DNA of 54,508 nt, taken from assembly GCA_017520235.1 (NCBI GenBank), contig JAFXGB010000015.1, forward strand, positions 1 to 54,508. The letters run 5' to 3'. The DNA is from Muribaculaceae bacterium (lineage in GTDB: Bacteria; Bacteroidota; Bacteroidia; Bacteroidales; Muribaculaceae). The notes beneath the pieces are model-generated. The model did no database searches and was not told where the DNA came from. It saw only the letters and a list, made by a program, of their open reading frames with translations. Of the stretch, positions 16,776 to 26,959 are shown one piece after another; positions within the stretch are counted from its first letter, which is position 1; each line of letters begins with the position of its first letter. A program made the position numbers and the translations under genes.

Positions 16776-18431
16776 ATGACAGAAAAACTTAAAGATGCCT
16801 TGAATGACAAGGCTTGGGCTCGCTGGACTGCATTGTTGCTTCTTGCAATGGCAATGTTTTTCAGCTACATTTTTATGGATATCCTTTCTCCAATAAAGGA
16901 TTTGATGCAGTCTACACGAGGATGGGATTCAACTGCGTTTGGTACAATGCAAGGCTCTGAAACATTCTTGAATGTATTTGTCTTCTTCCTCATTTTTGCT
17001 GGGATTATTCTCGATAAAATGGGGGTGCGCTTTACCGCTTTACTCTCAGGAGTGGTAATGTTGATAGGTGCAGTAATAAATTGGTATGCAGTAACGGATA
17101 TGTTTATTGGTAGCGGATTGGAAATGTGGTTTACCAATAATCTTAACTATATTCCTGGATTTGATGAATTGGGAATATCTCCGTTCTATGAAGGAATGCC
17201 TGCTTCAGCCAAGTTTGCAGCTGTTGGGTTTATGATATTTGGCTGCGGAGTTGAAATGGCTGGTATTACAGTAAGTCGAGGTATCGTAAAATGGTTTAAA
17301 GGTCGCGAAATGGCTTTGGCAATGGGCTCTGAAATGGCTCTTGCACGTTTGGGTGTAGCAACATGTATGATATTCTCTCCATTCTTTGCAAAATTAGGTG
17401 GAGATATTGATGTTTCTCGCTCTGTTGCATTCGGGGTGGTATTATTGATGATTGCTCTCATCATGTTTATCGTTTATTTCTTTATGGATAAAAAACTTGA
17501 TGCGCAAACAGGGGAAGCTGAAGAAAAAGATGATCCATTTAAGTTGAGCGATCTTGGTAAAATCCTTAAAAGTAGTGGATTCTGGTTGGTTGCATTGCTT
17601 TGCGTGTTGTATTATTCAGCAATATTCCCATTCCAAAAATATGCAGTGAACATGTTACAATGTAACTTGACATTTACAGAGGTTTCTCCTGAATCATTCT
17701 GGGCTACAAATACGGTTACGATTATTCAATATATAATAATGTTGGTCGTTGCGGCAAGTGCATTTGCAAGTAATTTCTCTAAGAACAAAGGCATGAAAGC
17801 CGGACTGTTAGTGCTGTCGGTAGTGTCTTTGGCGGTGTTCTGCTATATGGGATATATGCGTCAAAGTGCTGAAACGGTATTTGCGGTATTCCCATTGTTG
17901 GCTGTAGGGATAACACCAATTCTTGGTAACTATGTTGACCATAAGGGTAAGGCTGCGTCAATGTTGATTTTAGGCTCAATATTGCTGATTGTTTGCCACT
18001 TGACATTTGCATTTGTGTTGCCAATGTTTAAAGGAAGTCCTGTTGGTGGGGTTGTTATTGCTTATGTTACTATCTTGGTGCTTGGCTCAAGTTTCTCTCT
18101 CGTTCCGGCATCATTGTGGCCAAGCGTTCCTAAATTGGTAGATTCTAAAATCATAGGTAGTGCTTATGCTTTGATATTCTGGATACAAAACATCGGATTG
18201 TGGTTGTTCCCATTGTTGATTGGCAAGGTGCTTGACAAGACAAATACCGAATTGGTTACAGAGGTGGCCAACGGAACAATTTCGCCTGCACAAGCAGCCA
18301 CACAGTATGATTACACAGCTCCTCTTGTGATGCTAGCATCGCTTGGTGTTGCAGCATTAATAATTGGATTTATTTTGAAGGCTGTAGATAAGAAGAAAGG
18401 TCTTGGTCTTGAAGAACCAAATATTAAGTAA
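16776..18431 (+). CDS. MFS-type transporter
   Basis: 551 aa with 12 or more predicted TM helices in two halves separated by a charged loop (DAQTGEAEEKDDPF). A TAACTTTG -7 box lies at 16730-16737. Confidence 0.65.
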   Translation: MTEKLKDALNDKAWARWTALLLLAMAMFFSYIFMDILSPIKDLMQSTRGWDSTAFGTMQGSETFLNVFVFFLIFAGIILDKMGVRFTALLSGVVMLIGAVINWYAVTDMFIGSGLEMWFTNNLNYIPGFDELGISPFYEGMPASAKFAAVGFMIFGCGVEMAGITVSRGIVKWFKGREMALAMGSEMALARLGVATCMIFSPFFAKLGGDIDVSRSVAFGVVLLMIALIMFIVYFFMDKKLDAQTGEAEEKDDPFKLSDLGKILKSSGFWLVALLCVLYYSAIFPFQKYAVNMLQCNLTFTEVSPESFWATNTVTIIQYIIMLVVAASAFASNFSKNKGMKAGLLVLSVVSLAVFCYMGYMRQSAETVFAVFPLLAVGITPILGNYVDHKGKAASMLILGSILLIVCHLTFAFVLPMFKGSPVGGVVIAYVTILVLGSSFSLVPASLWPSVPKLVDSKIIGSAYALIFWIQNIGLWLFPLLIGKVLDKTNTELVTEVANGTISPAQAATQYDYTAPLVMLASLGVAALIIGFILKAVDKKKGLGLEEPNIK

Positions 18432-18446
18432 TTAAGGCCTATAAAA

Positions 18447-18484
18447 TAGAAAAATAAGTCGCTTTTTAAGGCGACTTATTTTGT
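18447..18484. terminator. bidirectional intrinsic terminator
   Basis: Perfect 10-bp stem AATAAGTCGC/GCGACTTATT (18453-18480) with an A-run before and a T-run after. It lies between convergent genes. Confidence 0.75.
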
Positions 18485-19429
18485 TTAAAATGGTTTGCGA
18501 TATTTATCGGAATCTGAATCGTCTAAGATGCTTAAATAGGAATTGTACCGAGATTGTGATATGCGAGAATCATTAAGTGCGTCAAGAACGGCACAGCCTG
18601 GTTCGTGGGTGTGAGTACAATCTCCATATCGACAATCGTGTGAGATCTCGAATATTTCAGGGAAGAAGTGGGCAACTTCATGTTTGTCAAAATCAATAGT
18701 TCCAAATCCTTTCACTCCCGGAGTGTCAATTATGTAGCCTGAATTGTCTTGAAGAGGGAACATTTCAGAGAATGTTGTTGTGTGCATTCCGGTGTCGTGG
18801 GTTACTGAAATTTCGGCAGTGCGTAATTCGAGCCCTGGAATAAGCGAGTTGATGATAGATGATTTCCCTACACCGGAATTGCCGGAGAATAGTGAAATTT
18901 TACCATGCAACATCTCTTTAAGAGTATCTATTCCCTTCCCGGTCAATGCTGAGACTTCTAAAACTTTATATCCGATTGAGCTATATAAATAAGAGACGGC
19001 ATCAAGTAATTTTTTATCCTCTTCATCGGTGAGAATGTCAACTTTATTAATGACAATTACAGCAGGCACTCGGTAGGCTTCAGCTGTCGCAAGAAAACGG
19101 TCTATAAATGTGGTTGATGTAACAGGATGGGCAAGAGTTACAATAAGAAAGGCAATATCAACATTGGCTGCAATGATGTGAGATTCTTTGGATAGATTGC
19201 TCGCACGACGTATTATGTAATTCTTCCTCTGCTCAATTGTTTTGATGAAAGCTGTGCCATCGGGAGCCTCGTCTGACAACGTAACGTGGTCCCCTACAGC
19301 AACCGGATTGGTTGTGCGTATCCCTTTAAGACGGAAATTTCCTTTGATTTTGCAATTTATCTCATTCCCATCGTCGGTCTTAACAGCATACCAACTTCCT
19401 GTATTTTTTATTACAATCCCTGATTTCAT
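18485..19429 (-). CDS. rsgA: ribosome small-subunit-dependent GTPase A
   Basis: An OB-fold N-terminus, the circularly permuted GTPase order (NKVD before [13 protein letters not shown]), and a C-terminal zinc knuckle [14 protein letters not shown]. Confidence 0.9.
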   Translation of the reverse strand: MKSGIVIKNTGSWYAVKTDDGNEINCKIKGNFRLKGIRTTNPVAVGDHVTLSDEAPDGTAFIKTIEQRKNYIIRRASNLSKESHIIAANVDIAFLIVTLAHPVTSTTFIDRFLATAEAYRVPAVIVINKVDILTDEEDKKLLDAVSYLYSSIGYKVLEVSALTGKGIDTLKEMLHGKISLFSGNSGVGKSSIINSLIPGLELRTAEISVTHDTGMHTTTFSEMFPLQDNSGYIIDTPGVKGFGTIDFDKHEVAHFFPEIFEISHDCRYGDCTHTHEPGCAVLDALNDSRISQSRYNSYLSILDDSDSDKYRKPF

Positions 19430-19482
19430 ATAGTATATATTTTACAAATATACTAATAATTACACTTTTATGGGACTATATA

Positions 19483-19514
19483 TTTGAATATTTATAGAAA
19501 AAATCGTAAATTTG
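19483..19514 (+). promoter_or_regulatory. promoter (-33 TTTG / -7 TAAATTTG)
   Basis: TTTG at 19483-19486 and TAAATTTG at 19507-19514 with a 20-nt spacer, about 50 nt upstream of the ATG at 19567. Confidence 0.6.
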
Positions 19515-19566
19515 CACCCGAATTTAGATATTTGAATTATTTTATAAACAAAAACGCAACTACACT

Positions 19567-19776
19567 ATGAATGTAGAAACAATTGGTACATGGGCAGGTC
19601 TAGTATGGAATGCTCTAAATGAAACAGAAGTTTTAGGTAACAAAGAAATCAAGAAAGTAACAAAACTTAAAGACAAAGAACTTTATGCTGCTATCGGTTG
19701 GTTGGCTCGTGAGGGTAAACTTAACATCGCAGAGAGCGAAGATGGTAAAGAATTAGTTCTTTCACTCGTTAAGTAA
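19567..19776 (+). CDS. small winged-helix protein (DUF2582-like)
   Basis: 69 aa. The pattern WAGLVWNAL...LYAAIGWLAREGKL is typical of this small wHTH family. A strong terminator follows. Confidence 0.55.
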   Translation: MNVETIGTWAGLVWNALNETEVLGNKEIKKVTKLKDKELYAAIGWLAREGKLNIAESEDGKELVLSLVK

Positions 19777-19791
19777 TTATAAACTCTATGC

Positions 19792-19828
19792 AAAACAGCG
19801 GGCGGAATATTCCGCCCGCTGTTTTTTA
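19792..19828. terminator. bidirectional intrinsic terminator
   Basis: Stem ACAGCGGGCGGAA-TAT-TTCCGCCCGCTGT with AAAA before and TTTTTT after. Confidence 0.8.
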
Positions 19829-20665
19829 TTTTCCTAATTTGTAAAATAGTTTTGCCCTATTGGGATCTGCACCGAGTTTGAGTGCCTGTTTTAAGTCGGT
19901 CTCAGCATCTTCAGCACGATAACGCAATTTGTTAAGATAAGCCCTATATAAGTAGAATTCAGCATCATTAGGATTGATTCTTAACCCTTCAGCGATATCG
20001 GCAGCGGCTTCATTAAGTTGCTCAGTTAGCAAGTAGCAAGCTGCTCTTCCACTGTAATACTCAATGTCAGGATTGTTGTTAATCAACTTAGTGTATTGGA
20101 TAATTGCATCAAATGGTCGATTTGTGGCAGTATATAATGCAGCTAAACCAATGGCTGTATTTTCGCTGTCGGGGGCAAGTCTTTGTAATATAGCAAAATC
20201 TTTTTTTGCAGTGATAGTATCGCCACTATATACAGCCATTATGCCATGCATGAAACGAGGCTCAATTGCGGTAGAATCAATGTTAAGTATAAGCGAGTAA
20301 TCGTTATAGGCTTCAGAGGTGTGTCCCATTGCTTGAAGTACTTTAGCACGATTATTCAAAACGATTACCGATGTTGGGGCAATGCGGTGGGCATCATTCA
20401 AAATAGCAAGAGCAAGAGAATCCTCTCCGGCGTTTAATCTCACGAGTCCGAGATTAGACATTAATAATACATTTGTGGGATTTCCCGGCTCAAGCCGCAT
20501 CGCACTCTCAAGGTGTGCCGCTGCATCATACCATCGTTCTTCTTCTATGGCTTTATCGGCTTCTCCTACATAATTAAGATACTCAGAATGGTCTTGCACT
20601 TGTGCTATAATAGTAAAGGCACATAGTGCAAATATAGTAGAAAAAATATATTTAGTCATTGTCAA
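19826..20665 (-). CDS. secreted tetratricopeptide-repeat protein
   Basis: A signal peptide followed by repeated 34-aa A/Y/L-patterned TPR units (e.g. AEFYLYRAYLNKLRYRAEDAETDLKQALKLGADP). Confidence 0.7.
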   Translation of the reverse strand: MTMTKYIFSTIFALCAFTIIAQVQDHSEYLNYVGEADKAIEEERWYDAAAHLESAMRLEPGNPTNVLLMSNLGLVRLNAGEDSLALAILNDAHRIAPTSVIVLNNRAKVLQAMGHTSEAYNDYSLILNIDSTAIEPRFMHGIMAVYSGDTITAKKDFAILQRLAPDSENTAIGLAALYTATNRPFDAIIQYTKLINNNPDIEYYSGRAACYLLTEQLNEAAADIAEGLRINPNDAEFYLYRAYLNKLRYRAEDAETDLKQALKLGADPNRAKLFYKLGK

Positions 20666-20704
20666 ATAGTTTTTAGATTAACGTATTGCTATGCTAAATA
20701 TTTT

Positions 20705-21451
20705 CTATGATTGAATGTCGAAGCCTTGTTGGCGTAGCGCATCGAGCATTTTGTAATCCATGGCTATTTTATAATAGTCAATGATGTGTGCTGCCCAATC
20801 ATTGTCTGTTTTTGTGCCTGAACGAGTATTGTTGTATTCCGATATAGTTTTGTCATATTTTAATAATAAATCTGCAATACTATCGTTTTGGTAGCCATTT
20901 TGATGAATGATGAGTTCTGTGGACTGTTTGGGTTTAAGGTCGGGCTGTTCGCGAGGAACACCTATTGCTAGCCCACACACGAGGAACACTCCTTGTGGGA
21001 GTTGGAGCAACTGTGCAATTTCTTTAGGAGCGGCAGTGCGAGTATAGCCTATGCAGCAAGTCCCCAATCCGCAAGCTTCAGCAGCGGTGAGTGCACTCAT
21101 CATGGATAGTGCAGCATCTACTATCCCCACAATAACTCCATCACCGGTTTTTTCAAATGGTGGCATTTCTATCTTTTTTGCATTGGCGATTGTGCGTATT
21201 TTGTTATAGTCGGCACAAAAGACGAGGAAGTGATTACAGGTCTTTATTTGCTTTTGCCCAGTGAGTTCATATAGTTTCTCTTTTAATTGCTGGTCGGTAA
21301 CATCAATTACCGAAAACTGTTGCCCATTATAACTTGTTGGGGTGTTGCGAATGGCTTGATAGATGAAATCCATATCTTCAGCCGAAATGCTTTCTCGTTC
21401 ATATCGGCGTATGCTTCTTCGTTGTAGTAAAGTGTCTTTTACGCTTTTCAT
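20705..21451 (-). CDS. NfsA-like nitroreductase family flavoprotein
   Basis: An N-terminal RRSIRRY FMN-binding motif, then NGQQFSVIDV and a nitroreductase-fold length of 248 aa. Confidence 0.72.
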   Translation of the reverse strand: MKSVKDTLLQRRSIRRYERESISAEDMDFIYQAIRNTPTSYNGQQFSVIDVTDQQLKEKLYELTGQKQIKTCNHFLVFCADYNKIRTIANAKKIEMPPFEKTGDGVIVGIVDAALSMMSALTAAEACGLGTCCIGYTRTAAPKEIAQLLQLPQGVFLVCGLAIGVPREQPDLKPKQSTELIIHQNGYQNDSIADLLLKYDKTISEYNNTRSGTKTDNDWAAHIIDYYKIAMDYKMLDALRQQGFDIQS

Positions 21452-21542
21452 ATAAAGAAATTTAATACTAATATTATATAACGTATTATTGGGTGATAAT
21501 GTTCTATCGTTAAGTTTTTTTGAGATTTTTTTGTGTATAAGA

Positions 21543-21575
21543 CAAAAAAAATAGGCTGTATATGACAGCCTATTT
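21543..21575 (-). terminator. intrinsic terminator after the amidase gene
   Basis: The minus strand reads AATAGGCTGT-CATAT-ACAGCCTATT followed by TTTTTTTT. Confidence 0.8.
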
Positions 21576-21601
21576 TTAGATTTATCAGTATAGGATATTA
21601 A

Positions 21602-24145
21602 TTACTTGAAAGAAATCTTAGCAGTGTAAGTATATCCGTTTACGTCTGTTGCTTTTACGATGTAAATACCAGAAGCAAGAGAGCTGATGTTTACATTTGC
21701 ATTAGTTTCTTTAGCTACAAGGATACCTGAGATTGAGTAAATTTCAACATCTGCAACTTCGATGCCGTTGATGTGTAGGTCTTGACCTGCTACAGCAATA
21801 GTCATATCGTTCTTAGCATCAACAATATCTTCAACGCCAACTGTTGCACTCACTTTGAATGTATATTGTGCGGCATATTGACCGGGAACATATTGATACA
21901 ACTTAGCTTCGTAATCACTAACAACTTCGGCTGTGATGATGTTTGGATTAGGCTTGAATGCTGCTGTTGTGTTAACTTCTGCATGAGATGCTGCAATAGT
22001 GTTTTTCTCAATATCAACAACTTGGAAACCATCACAATAGCTTGTTCCGATAGGCTCAACTGCAAACAATTTGCCTGCTAAGTTAAATAATGTACCACCT
22101 TGAGTTGTAGTTGTGCTGTTATCAGGAAATGCTTCAAATGCATCATTCATGTTGTGGTAGAAATGTTTATTGGCACGAAGTTTAACTGCGATAAGATCGC
22201 TGTTGATGTCAGATGTCAATGGTGTAGCAAATGTTGCTGCATCGGCAGTGATAACTGATGATACATCAATTACAGAAGCTGATGCTTGAACTCCATTTTT
22301 GATAATAATCTTCGCAACTGCTGTTGCACCAGATGGAATGAGATAGATTGCTCCACCTTCATTGCTCATGACGTCGCCGATAGCTTTACCCATGTACATC
22401 ATTGAAGCGGCAGTCACTCCGGTTGGAAGTGTGATAGCTAAGTCTTGGTAAGTTGTGCTACCTGCAGGTAAAATTTTAAGAGCAGTTGGAGCAGCTGACC
22501 ATACCGTTGTACTTAGAATGATGTTGTTAGCATCGTCATTTGTGATTGCTGTTCCGGCTGTAGATGTACCTGCGTCAGTCAATCCGGTTTTAGTCCAGTA
22601 GTAAAGTTTTGTATTATCATAATCATTGAAATAAATCTTGCCGTCAAAACCTGTAGCCCAGCAACGACCTGCAGATGCAACTGTAATGTGATTTTCTGTT
22701 TGAGCCCAGTCTTGAGTCATTTCATAACCATTGATTACAACATTGTTTTTCCCTGTACCACTGATAGGAATAGTTACAGTAGGAGCATTTTTAGAAGACA
22801 ATGTCAATGTTGCAGAGTGGTTAGTTGCTTCTGAAGGAGTATATGTGATGGTTACATTGGCATTTGCACTTGCTTTTGCGATTGTAGTTTGTGATAGTTC
22901 AAACAAGTTGGCATCAGCACCTGACAACGCAAGAGTGATATCACCTTCCAATGCATTACCTGTTACAGTGATTGTTTTGCTTGCGCTTTCGCCAACTACT
23001 GCGCTAAGGCTTACATTTTTAGCGCTTGCTGTAATTGTTGGAGTTTCAGGAACGGGCTCTGTTGCAATACCATTAAGGGCAATCCATTGATATACATCAT
23101 TACCATCAACATCGACACTCTTGAATGTAACGAAACGTTCGTTCCAAGTGTTACTTGGATCAGTATCTGCAGGATAATTACCTGCTACTTTTGGAGAGAA
23201 TGTAATAGTTACAACGGGTTCTCCATCAACAAAGTTATAGTTAGGAGCACCATCAACTGTTAGTCCGGTAGGATTTACTGAGAATACGCCATCAGCATCT
23301 TCTACTGTGATGTAGCACCATCCGTTAAGTTTGTTCCCTTTTACTGTAATTTCTTGAGAAACACTCTTCCCGGCTTCGCATGTCAAAGTTACTTCGTTAG
23401 AACTAACATCAATAAATGGGGTGCTTGAAGATGAACCTCCGCCACCACCGGTATAGTAAGAAGGCTCTGTTACAGAGTAGCCTTCATAAGCAGTTACATA
23501 ATCATAGATTCCTTGCAAGTGAGCATCAACCCAAGTGTAGAAACCTGTGCTTGAAGTATCTTGGATAAGTTGCCAGTCGCTATAGCAGTCGATAAACAAA
23601 CTTTCAGTCAAAATAGAAGGATAGGCTTCACCGGCTGTAATAACTGTATATCCAGCAGTCTTAACGCCGCGGTCAATTAATTCATATCCACCTGTACCAT
23701 TAACAGTGCTAAAACGAGAAATCAAAGCATCTTGCATAGTGTAGGCTAAATTTGAACTACCACTATAGTAATAATATGTTTCTGTACCATGAGCTGAAGC
23801 GTTAGCCGCGTTCAAGTGGAAAGAAACAAATACGTCAGAACCATAGGTATAGCAATATGCACGACGAGGAGAAAGATCGACTTCTCCAGAGAAATCATCT
23901 TCGAAACGAGTCATATAAACATTTGCTCCAAGGTTGGAAAGTGTGTTGTACACGTTGCTTGCACATTGAAGCACAAGCCATGATTCTGTGTAATTGTTTA
24001 CTGATGAACTGGCGTAACATGCGCCGGGGTCATCTCCACCATGACCTGGGTCAAGAACTATTACAACATCGCTCCATGCAGCATTAATGTGTTGTGGTAC
24101 AACAATGCTGAGCGATAAAATCAGTGCTAAAAATATTTTTTTCAT
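21602..24145 (-). CDS. multidomain N-acetylmuramoyl-L-alanine amidase with a T9SS C-terminal sorting domain
   Basis: A signal peptide, then an Amidase_3-like core (VVIVLDPGHGGDDPG ... FVSFHLNA ... GTETYYY ... ILTESLFID). A GGGGGSSSS linker follows, then two Ig-like modules and a Thr/Ala-rich repeat region. The final ~80 aa (..LHINGIEVADVEIYSISGILV...GIYIVKATDVNGYTYTAKISFK) match the T9SS CTD pattern. Confidence 0.75.
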   Translation of the reverse strand: MKKIFLALILSLSIVVPQHINAAWSDVVIVLDPGHGGDDPGACYASSSVNNYTESWLVLQCASNVYNTLSNLGANVYMTRFEDDFSGEVDLSPRRAYCYTYGSDVFVSFHLNAANASAHGTETYYYYSGSSNLAYTMQDALISRFSTVNGTGGYELIDRGVKTAGYTVITAGEAYPSILTESLFIDCYSDWQLIQDTSSTGFYTWVDAHLQGIYDYVTAYEGYSVTEPSYYTGGGGGSSSSTPFIDVSSNEVTLTCEAGKSVSQEITVKGNKLNGWCYITVEDADGVFSVNPTGLTVDGAPNYNFVDGEPVVTITFSPKVAGNYPADTDPSNTWNERFVTFKSVDVDGNDVYQWIALNGIATEPVPETPTITASAKNVSLSAVVGESASKTITVTGNALEGDITLALSGADANLFELSQTTIAKASANANVTITYTPSEATNHSATLTLSSKNAPTVTIPISGTGKNNVVINGYEMTQDWAQTENHITVASAGRCWATGFDGKIYFNDYDNTKLYYWTKTGLTDAGTSTAGTAITNDDANNIILSTTVWSAAPTALKILPAGSTTYQDLAITLPTGVTAASMMYMGKAIGDVMSNEGGAIYLIPSGATAVAKIIIKNGVQASASVIDVSSVITADAATFATPLTSDINSDLIAVKLRANKHFYHNMNDAFEAFPDNSTTTTQGGTLFNLAGKLFAVEPIGTSYCDGFQVVDIEKNTIAASHAEVNTTAAFKPNPNIITAEVVSDYEAKLYQYVPGQYAAQYTFKVSATVGVEDIVDAKNDMTIAVAGQDLHINGIEVADVEIYSISGILVAKETNANVNISSLASGIYIVKATDVNGYTYTAKISFK

Positions 24146-24175
24146 GTGTAGAATTTTTTATCGTTACTTTAAATG

Positions 24176-25129
24176 TTATTTAAGATCGGCAGTGTAGATT
24201 TGACCATCGGTAAATGATGTAAATACAACTTTATTGCCGTCGGGAGATACGCATGGACACATTTCCATTTTGTCGCTTGTAGCAGTGAGTGCTTTAAGAC
24301 CAGAACCATTTACGTTGATCATATACAAGTCACTTGATGTATATGTGTGACCATCATCAGTACTCTTTTCGAAAATAATTTGGCTGTTGTTTGCCCATGT
24401 TGGGTTGAAACCGCGAGCTAAAAGTTGTTTTCCTGTACCATCTATATTGATAACATAGATGTCGTTAACTTCGTTAAATGCGATTTTTGTTCCATCAGGA
24501 GATAGAGCTGGACAGAATGATGGTTTGCTGTTGATAAGAGTTTTAGAGCCACGAGCATTAACTACAGAAAGTCCCTCCTTGTTAACGATAAGGCTAATGT
24601 TTGCGCCAGCTTGAGTGTTAACTGTTGCAGCAACAGATTTAGTTAAATATTTTGCTGGTTGAGAAGTAACTTTTGCATCAAGAGAGATAACTGTTTTTTC
24701 TCCATTGATACCATAACGCCATGCTGCAGGTTCCATGCGTGTAACATCTTCAGTCATGCGAGTTTTGTTACCTGTCATGTCAATTGACCATGCTGCTTGA
24801 CTGCGTTTTACTTGACCACCAACGTTTTCGTAACGAAGGTCGCGAACAAGGATTTCGCGAGAGTCGGCGCTCCATTGATACATGAAGCCAACACCTTTGT
24901 CGCTTGATAGTTGCGATTTGTTTGATCCATTTTGGTTCATAACAAATAGGCTGTTGTAGCCATATTCTGTAAATGCAATTTTAGACCCGTCGGGAGACCA
25001 ACGAGGGTTTTCATACTTTACGCCATCTTGTGTGAGGCGAGTGACATTTGAAAGTTGACCAACTTTCAGATTTTGTGCTATACAAACTTGGGATAACACA
25101 ATCGCTGATAATAGTAAAAACTTTTTCAT
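24176..25129 (-). CDS. TolB-like WD40/PD40 beta-propeller protein (secreted)
   Basis: A signal peptide and repeated PD40 motifs (PRWSPDGSKIAF, PALSPDGTKIAF, PCVSPDGNKVVF). It lies 30 nt upstream of the amidase. Confidence 0.75.
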   Translation of the reverse strand: MKKFLLLSAIVLSQVCIAQNLKVGQLSNVTRLTQDGVKYENPRWSPDGSKIAFTEYGYNSLFVMNQNGSNKSQLSSDKGVGFMYQWSADSREILVRDLRYENVGGQVKRSQAAWSIDMTGNKTRMTEDVTRMEPAAWRYGINGEKTVISLDAKVTSQPAKYLTKSVAATVNTQAGANISLIVNKEGLSVVNARGSKTLINSKPSFCPALSPDGTKIAFNEVNDIYVINIDGTGKQLLARGFNPTWANNSQIIFEKSTDDGHTYTSSDLYMINVNGSGLKALTATSDKMEMCPCVSPDGNKVVFTSFTDGQIYTADLK

Positions 25130-25358
25130 GTTTTTGGGGGTTAGGTATTTATTTTTATGTTGTTATTAATCTGTGTCTTAGGTTATGAACTAGCTTATTT
25201 ATATTGAAAGCGCAAATGTAGTAAAATATTTTAAAAAAGAAAGCATTAATGCATAAAAAAATTAAATAGAGGTATTGCTTTATTCTAAATATAGGGGTAT
25301 CGTTGAATTTTGTCTATCAAATAGACCAAATTATCTATAGAATACACCAAAATTAGAT

Positions 25359-26519
25359 TTAGCGTTGTGATTTTGGGGAGATGATAATATTGTTGCCCCC
25401 TGAGAAGATGTGAAAATAGTGATTTTTATGAGTGTGTTTCATTATGGAATGAATTATTGAGTTATAATTCATTTCTCTATCATCAAGAATAATGTTAATA
25501 GGATTGTTTGAGATAGGTAGGCTGTTTAGATTGGATATTATGTGAAGGTTTTCGCTGAATCCCTTTTGTCGCAATACATTTGAGATGGACTCTGCATTAG
25601 AGCTGACTATGTAGGTGTCTGCAACTTTGTGAGAACGTTTCAGTTTCAGTTTTATAGGTTTGATAATTGTGGAATTTATAGCGCCAATGATCATGCGCAT
25701 CCCTATAGCTCCATTGACAAATATCTTGCTCATGAAACTGCGACGTGGGTAGTGCTTGCGATAAAAAATGTGCATCGCTTCATAGAATATCTTCACATAG
25801 TTTATCGACTCAGTCTTGGTACATTCACCTTTGTAGTGAATGATGGGTGTGGGAAGGTAGTAACATGCTTTGCCATTGGCACTCATGCGATAGGAGAGGT
25901 CCATATCTTCGCCATACATGAAAAAGTCTTCGTCAAATCCTCCTATCTCTTTGACTATAGAGGTGCGGAGTAACATAAATGCTCCAGCAAGAGTCTCCAC
26001 AATATGAGGCTCATCTTCAGGAAGATACCTTAAGTGATAACGAGCAAAAAGTCGAGATTTGGGGAATATCGCTGACAAGCCAAATAGCTTGCAGAAAGAG
26101 TTCCAGATGGAGGGGAATGAGCGTTTTGATTCCGGGAGAAAATTGCCATTGCCGTCAATCATTCTCACCCCTATCGCTGCACAATCATCATGGCTATCCA
26201 TCCATTCAACGGTGTCTTTTAACGTGTTTTCGCCTATGATTGTATCGGGATTGAGAACAAGGATGTAATCAGTATTGGCTAGATTAAAACCTTGATTGTT
26301 TGCTTTAGAAAATCCTAAGTTCTCTTTGTTGCAAATAAATGTAACATCAGGAAAACGCTCTTTCAGATAGTCGATGCTGTCATCCCCTGAATTATTGTCA
26401 ATGACAATAGTGTGTCCCGAAACCTTTTGATAGGCTTCTCGCACCGACAGCAAAGTTTGTTCTAAGAAATACTTTAATCGATAGTTTACTATAATTGTCG
26501 TAACTCGACTCATCGTCAT
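25359..26519 (-). CDS. family 2 glycosyltransferase
   Basis: A GT-A N-terminus (TIIVNY, VIDNNSGDDS, NLGFSKANN, LVLNPD) and a DxD-type GEDMDLS motif. Confidence 0.8.
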   Translation of the reverse strand: MTMSRVTTIIVNYRLKYFLEQTLLSVREAYQKVSGHTIVIDNNSGDDSIDYLKERFPDVTFICNKENLGFSKANNQGFNLANTDYILVLNPDTIIGENTLKDTVEWMDSHDDCAAIGVRMIDGNGNFLPESKRSFPSIWNSFCKLFGLSAIFPKSRLFARYHLRYLPEDEPHIVETLAGAFMLLRTSIVKEIGGFDEDFFMYGEDMDLSYRMSANGKACYYLPTPIIHYKGECTKTESINYVKIFYEAMHIFYRKHYPRRSFMSKIFVNGAIGMRMIIGAINSTIIKPIKLKLKRSHKVADTYIVSSNAESISNVLRQKGFSENLHIISNLNSLPISNNPINIILDDREMNYNSIIHSIMKHTHKNHYFHIFSGGNNIIISPKSQR

Positions 26520-26601
26520 TCAAGGGTTTACATTATTTAAACGTTAGCGATGAGTGTTTATTACATTAAATAAGGGTTTTTCTTTCTTGATGGAGATAAC
26601 T

Positions 26602-26934
26602 TTATCGCAGAGAGTGCATTGCGTCAATCATGCCTTGAAGCTCAGCGCGCACATGCTTTAGACGCTCGATGGCTTTGTGCTTGCGTGAAACGTTTGAGTG
26701 GTTGTGCTTTATTTGCTCTTGTGCAGCATCAAGTTTCAATCCTTTCTCTTTTACAAGGAAATATACCATGCGAATGATTTCTATGTCGCTTGGTGTATAG
26801 AAACGTGTACCATGTTCATTGCGCTTGGGCTTGATGATTGTAAATTGGCTTTCCCAGAAACGTAATGTTGATGCAGGAAGATTCAGTATTTCGGCAACTT
26901 CGCGTATTTTGTAATATTTCTTTGTAAATTCCAT
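26602..26934 (-). CDS. MerR-family HTH transcriptional regulator (short form)
   Basis: The HTH segment YKIREVAEILNLPASTLRFWESQF. I prefer the internal ATG at 26934 (MEFTKKYY). The track start at 26982 would overlap the upstream M23 gene by 23 nt. Confidence 0.75.
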   Translation of the reverse strand: MEFTKKYYKIREVAEILNLPASTLRFWESQFTIIKPKRNEHGTRFYTPSDIEIIRMVYFLVKEKGLKLDAAQEQIKHNHSNVSRKHKAIERLKHVRAELQGMIDAMHSLR

Positions 26935-26959
26935 AACTTTTAAATTGAGAGTTGAGCGT

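Noticed and set aside
23400-23460. Homopolymeric-looking GGGGGSSSS coding stretch in the amidase gene as a possible slippage tract
   Set aside because: At the DNA level it is mixed codons (ggtggtggcggaggt / tcatcttca...), not a true homopolymer or perfect short tandem repeat. It is simply a flexible linker.
25130-25358. 229-nt intergenic region upstream of the TolB-like/amidase pair, examined as a possible invertible promoter
   Set aside because: It contains only short local palindromes (GCATTAATGC; GTCTAT-CAA-ATAGAC) and a single TACATTTG -7 box. There are no flanking long inverted repeats and no nearby recombinase.
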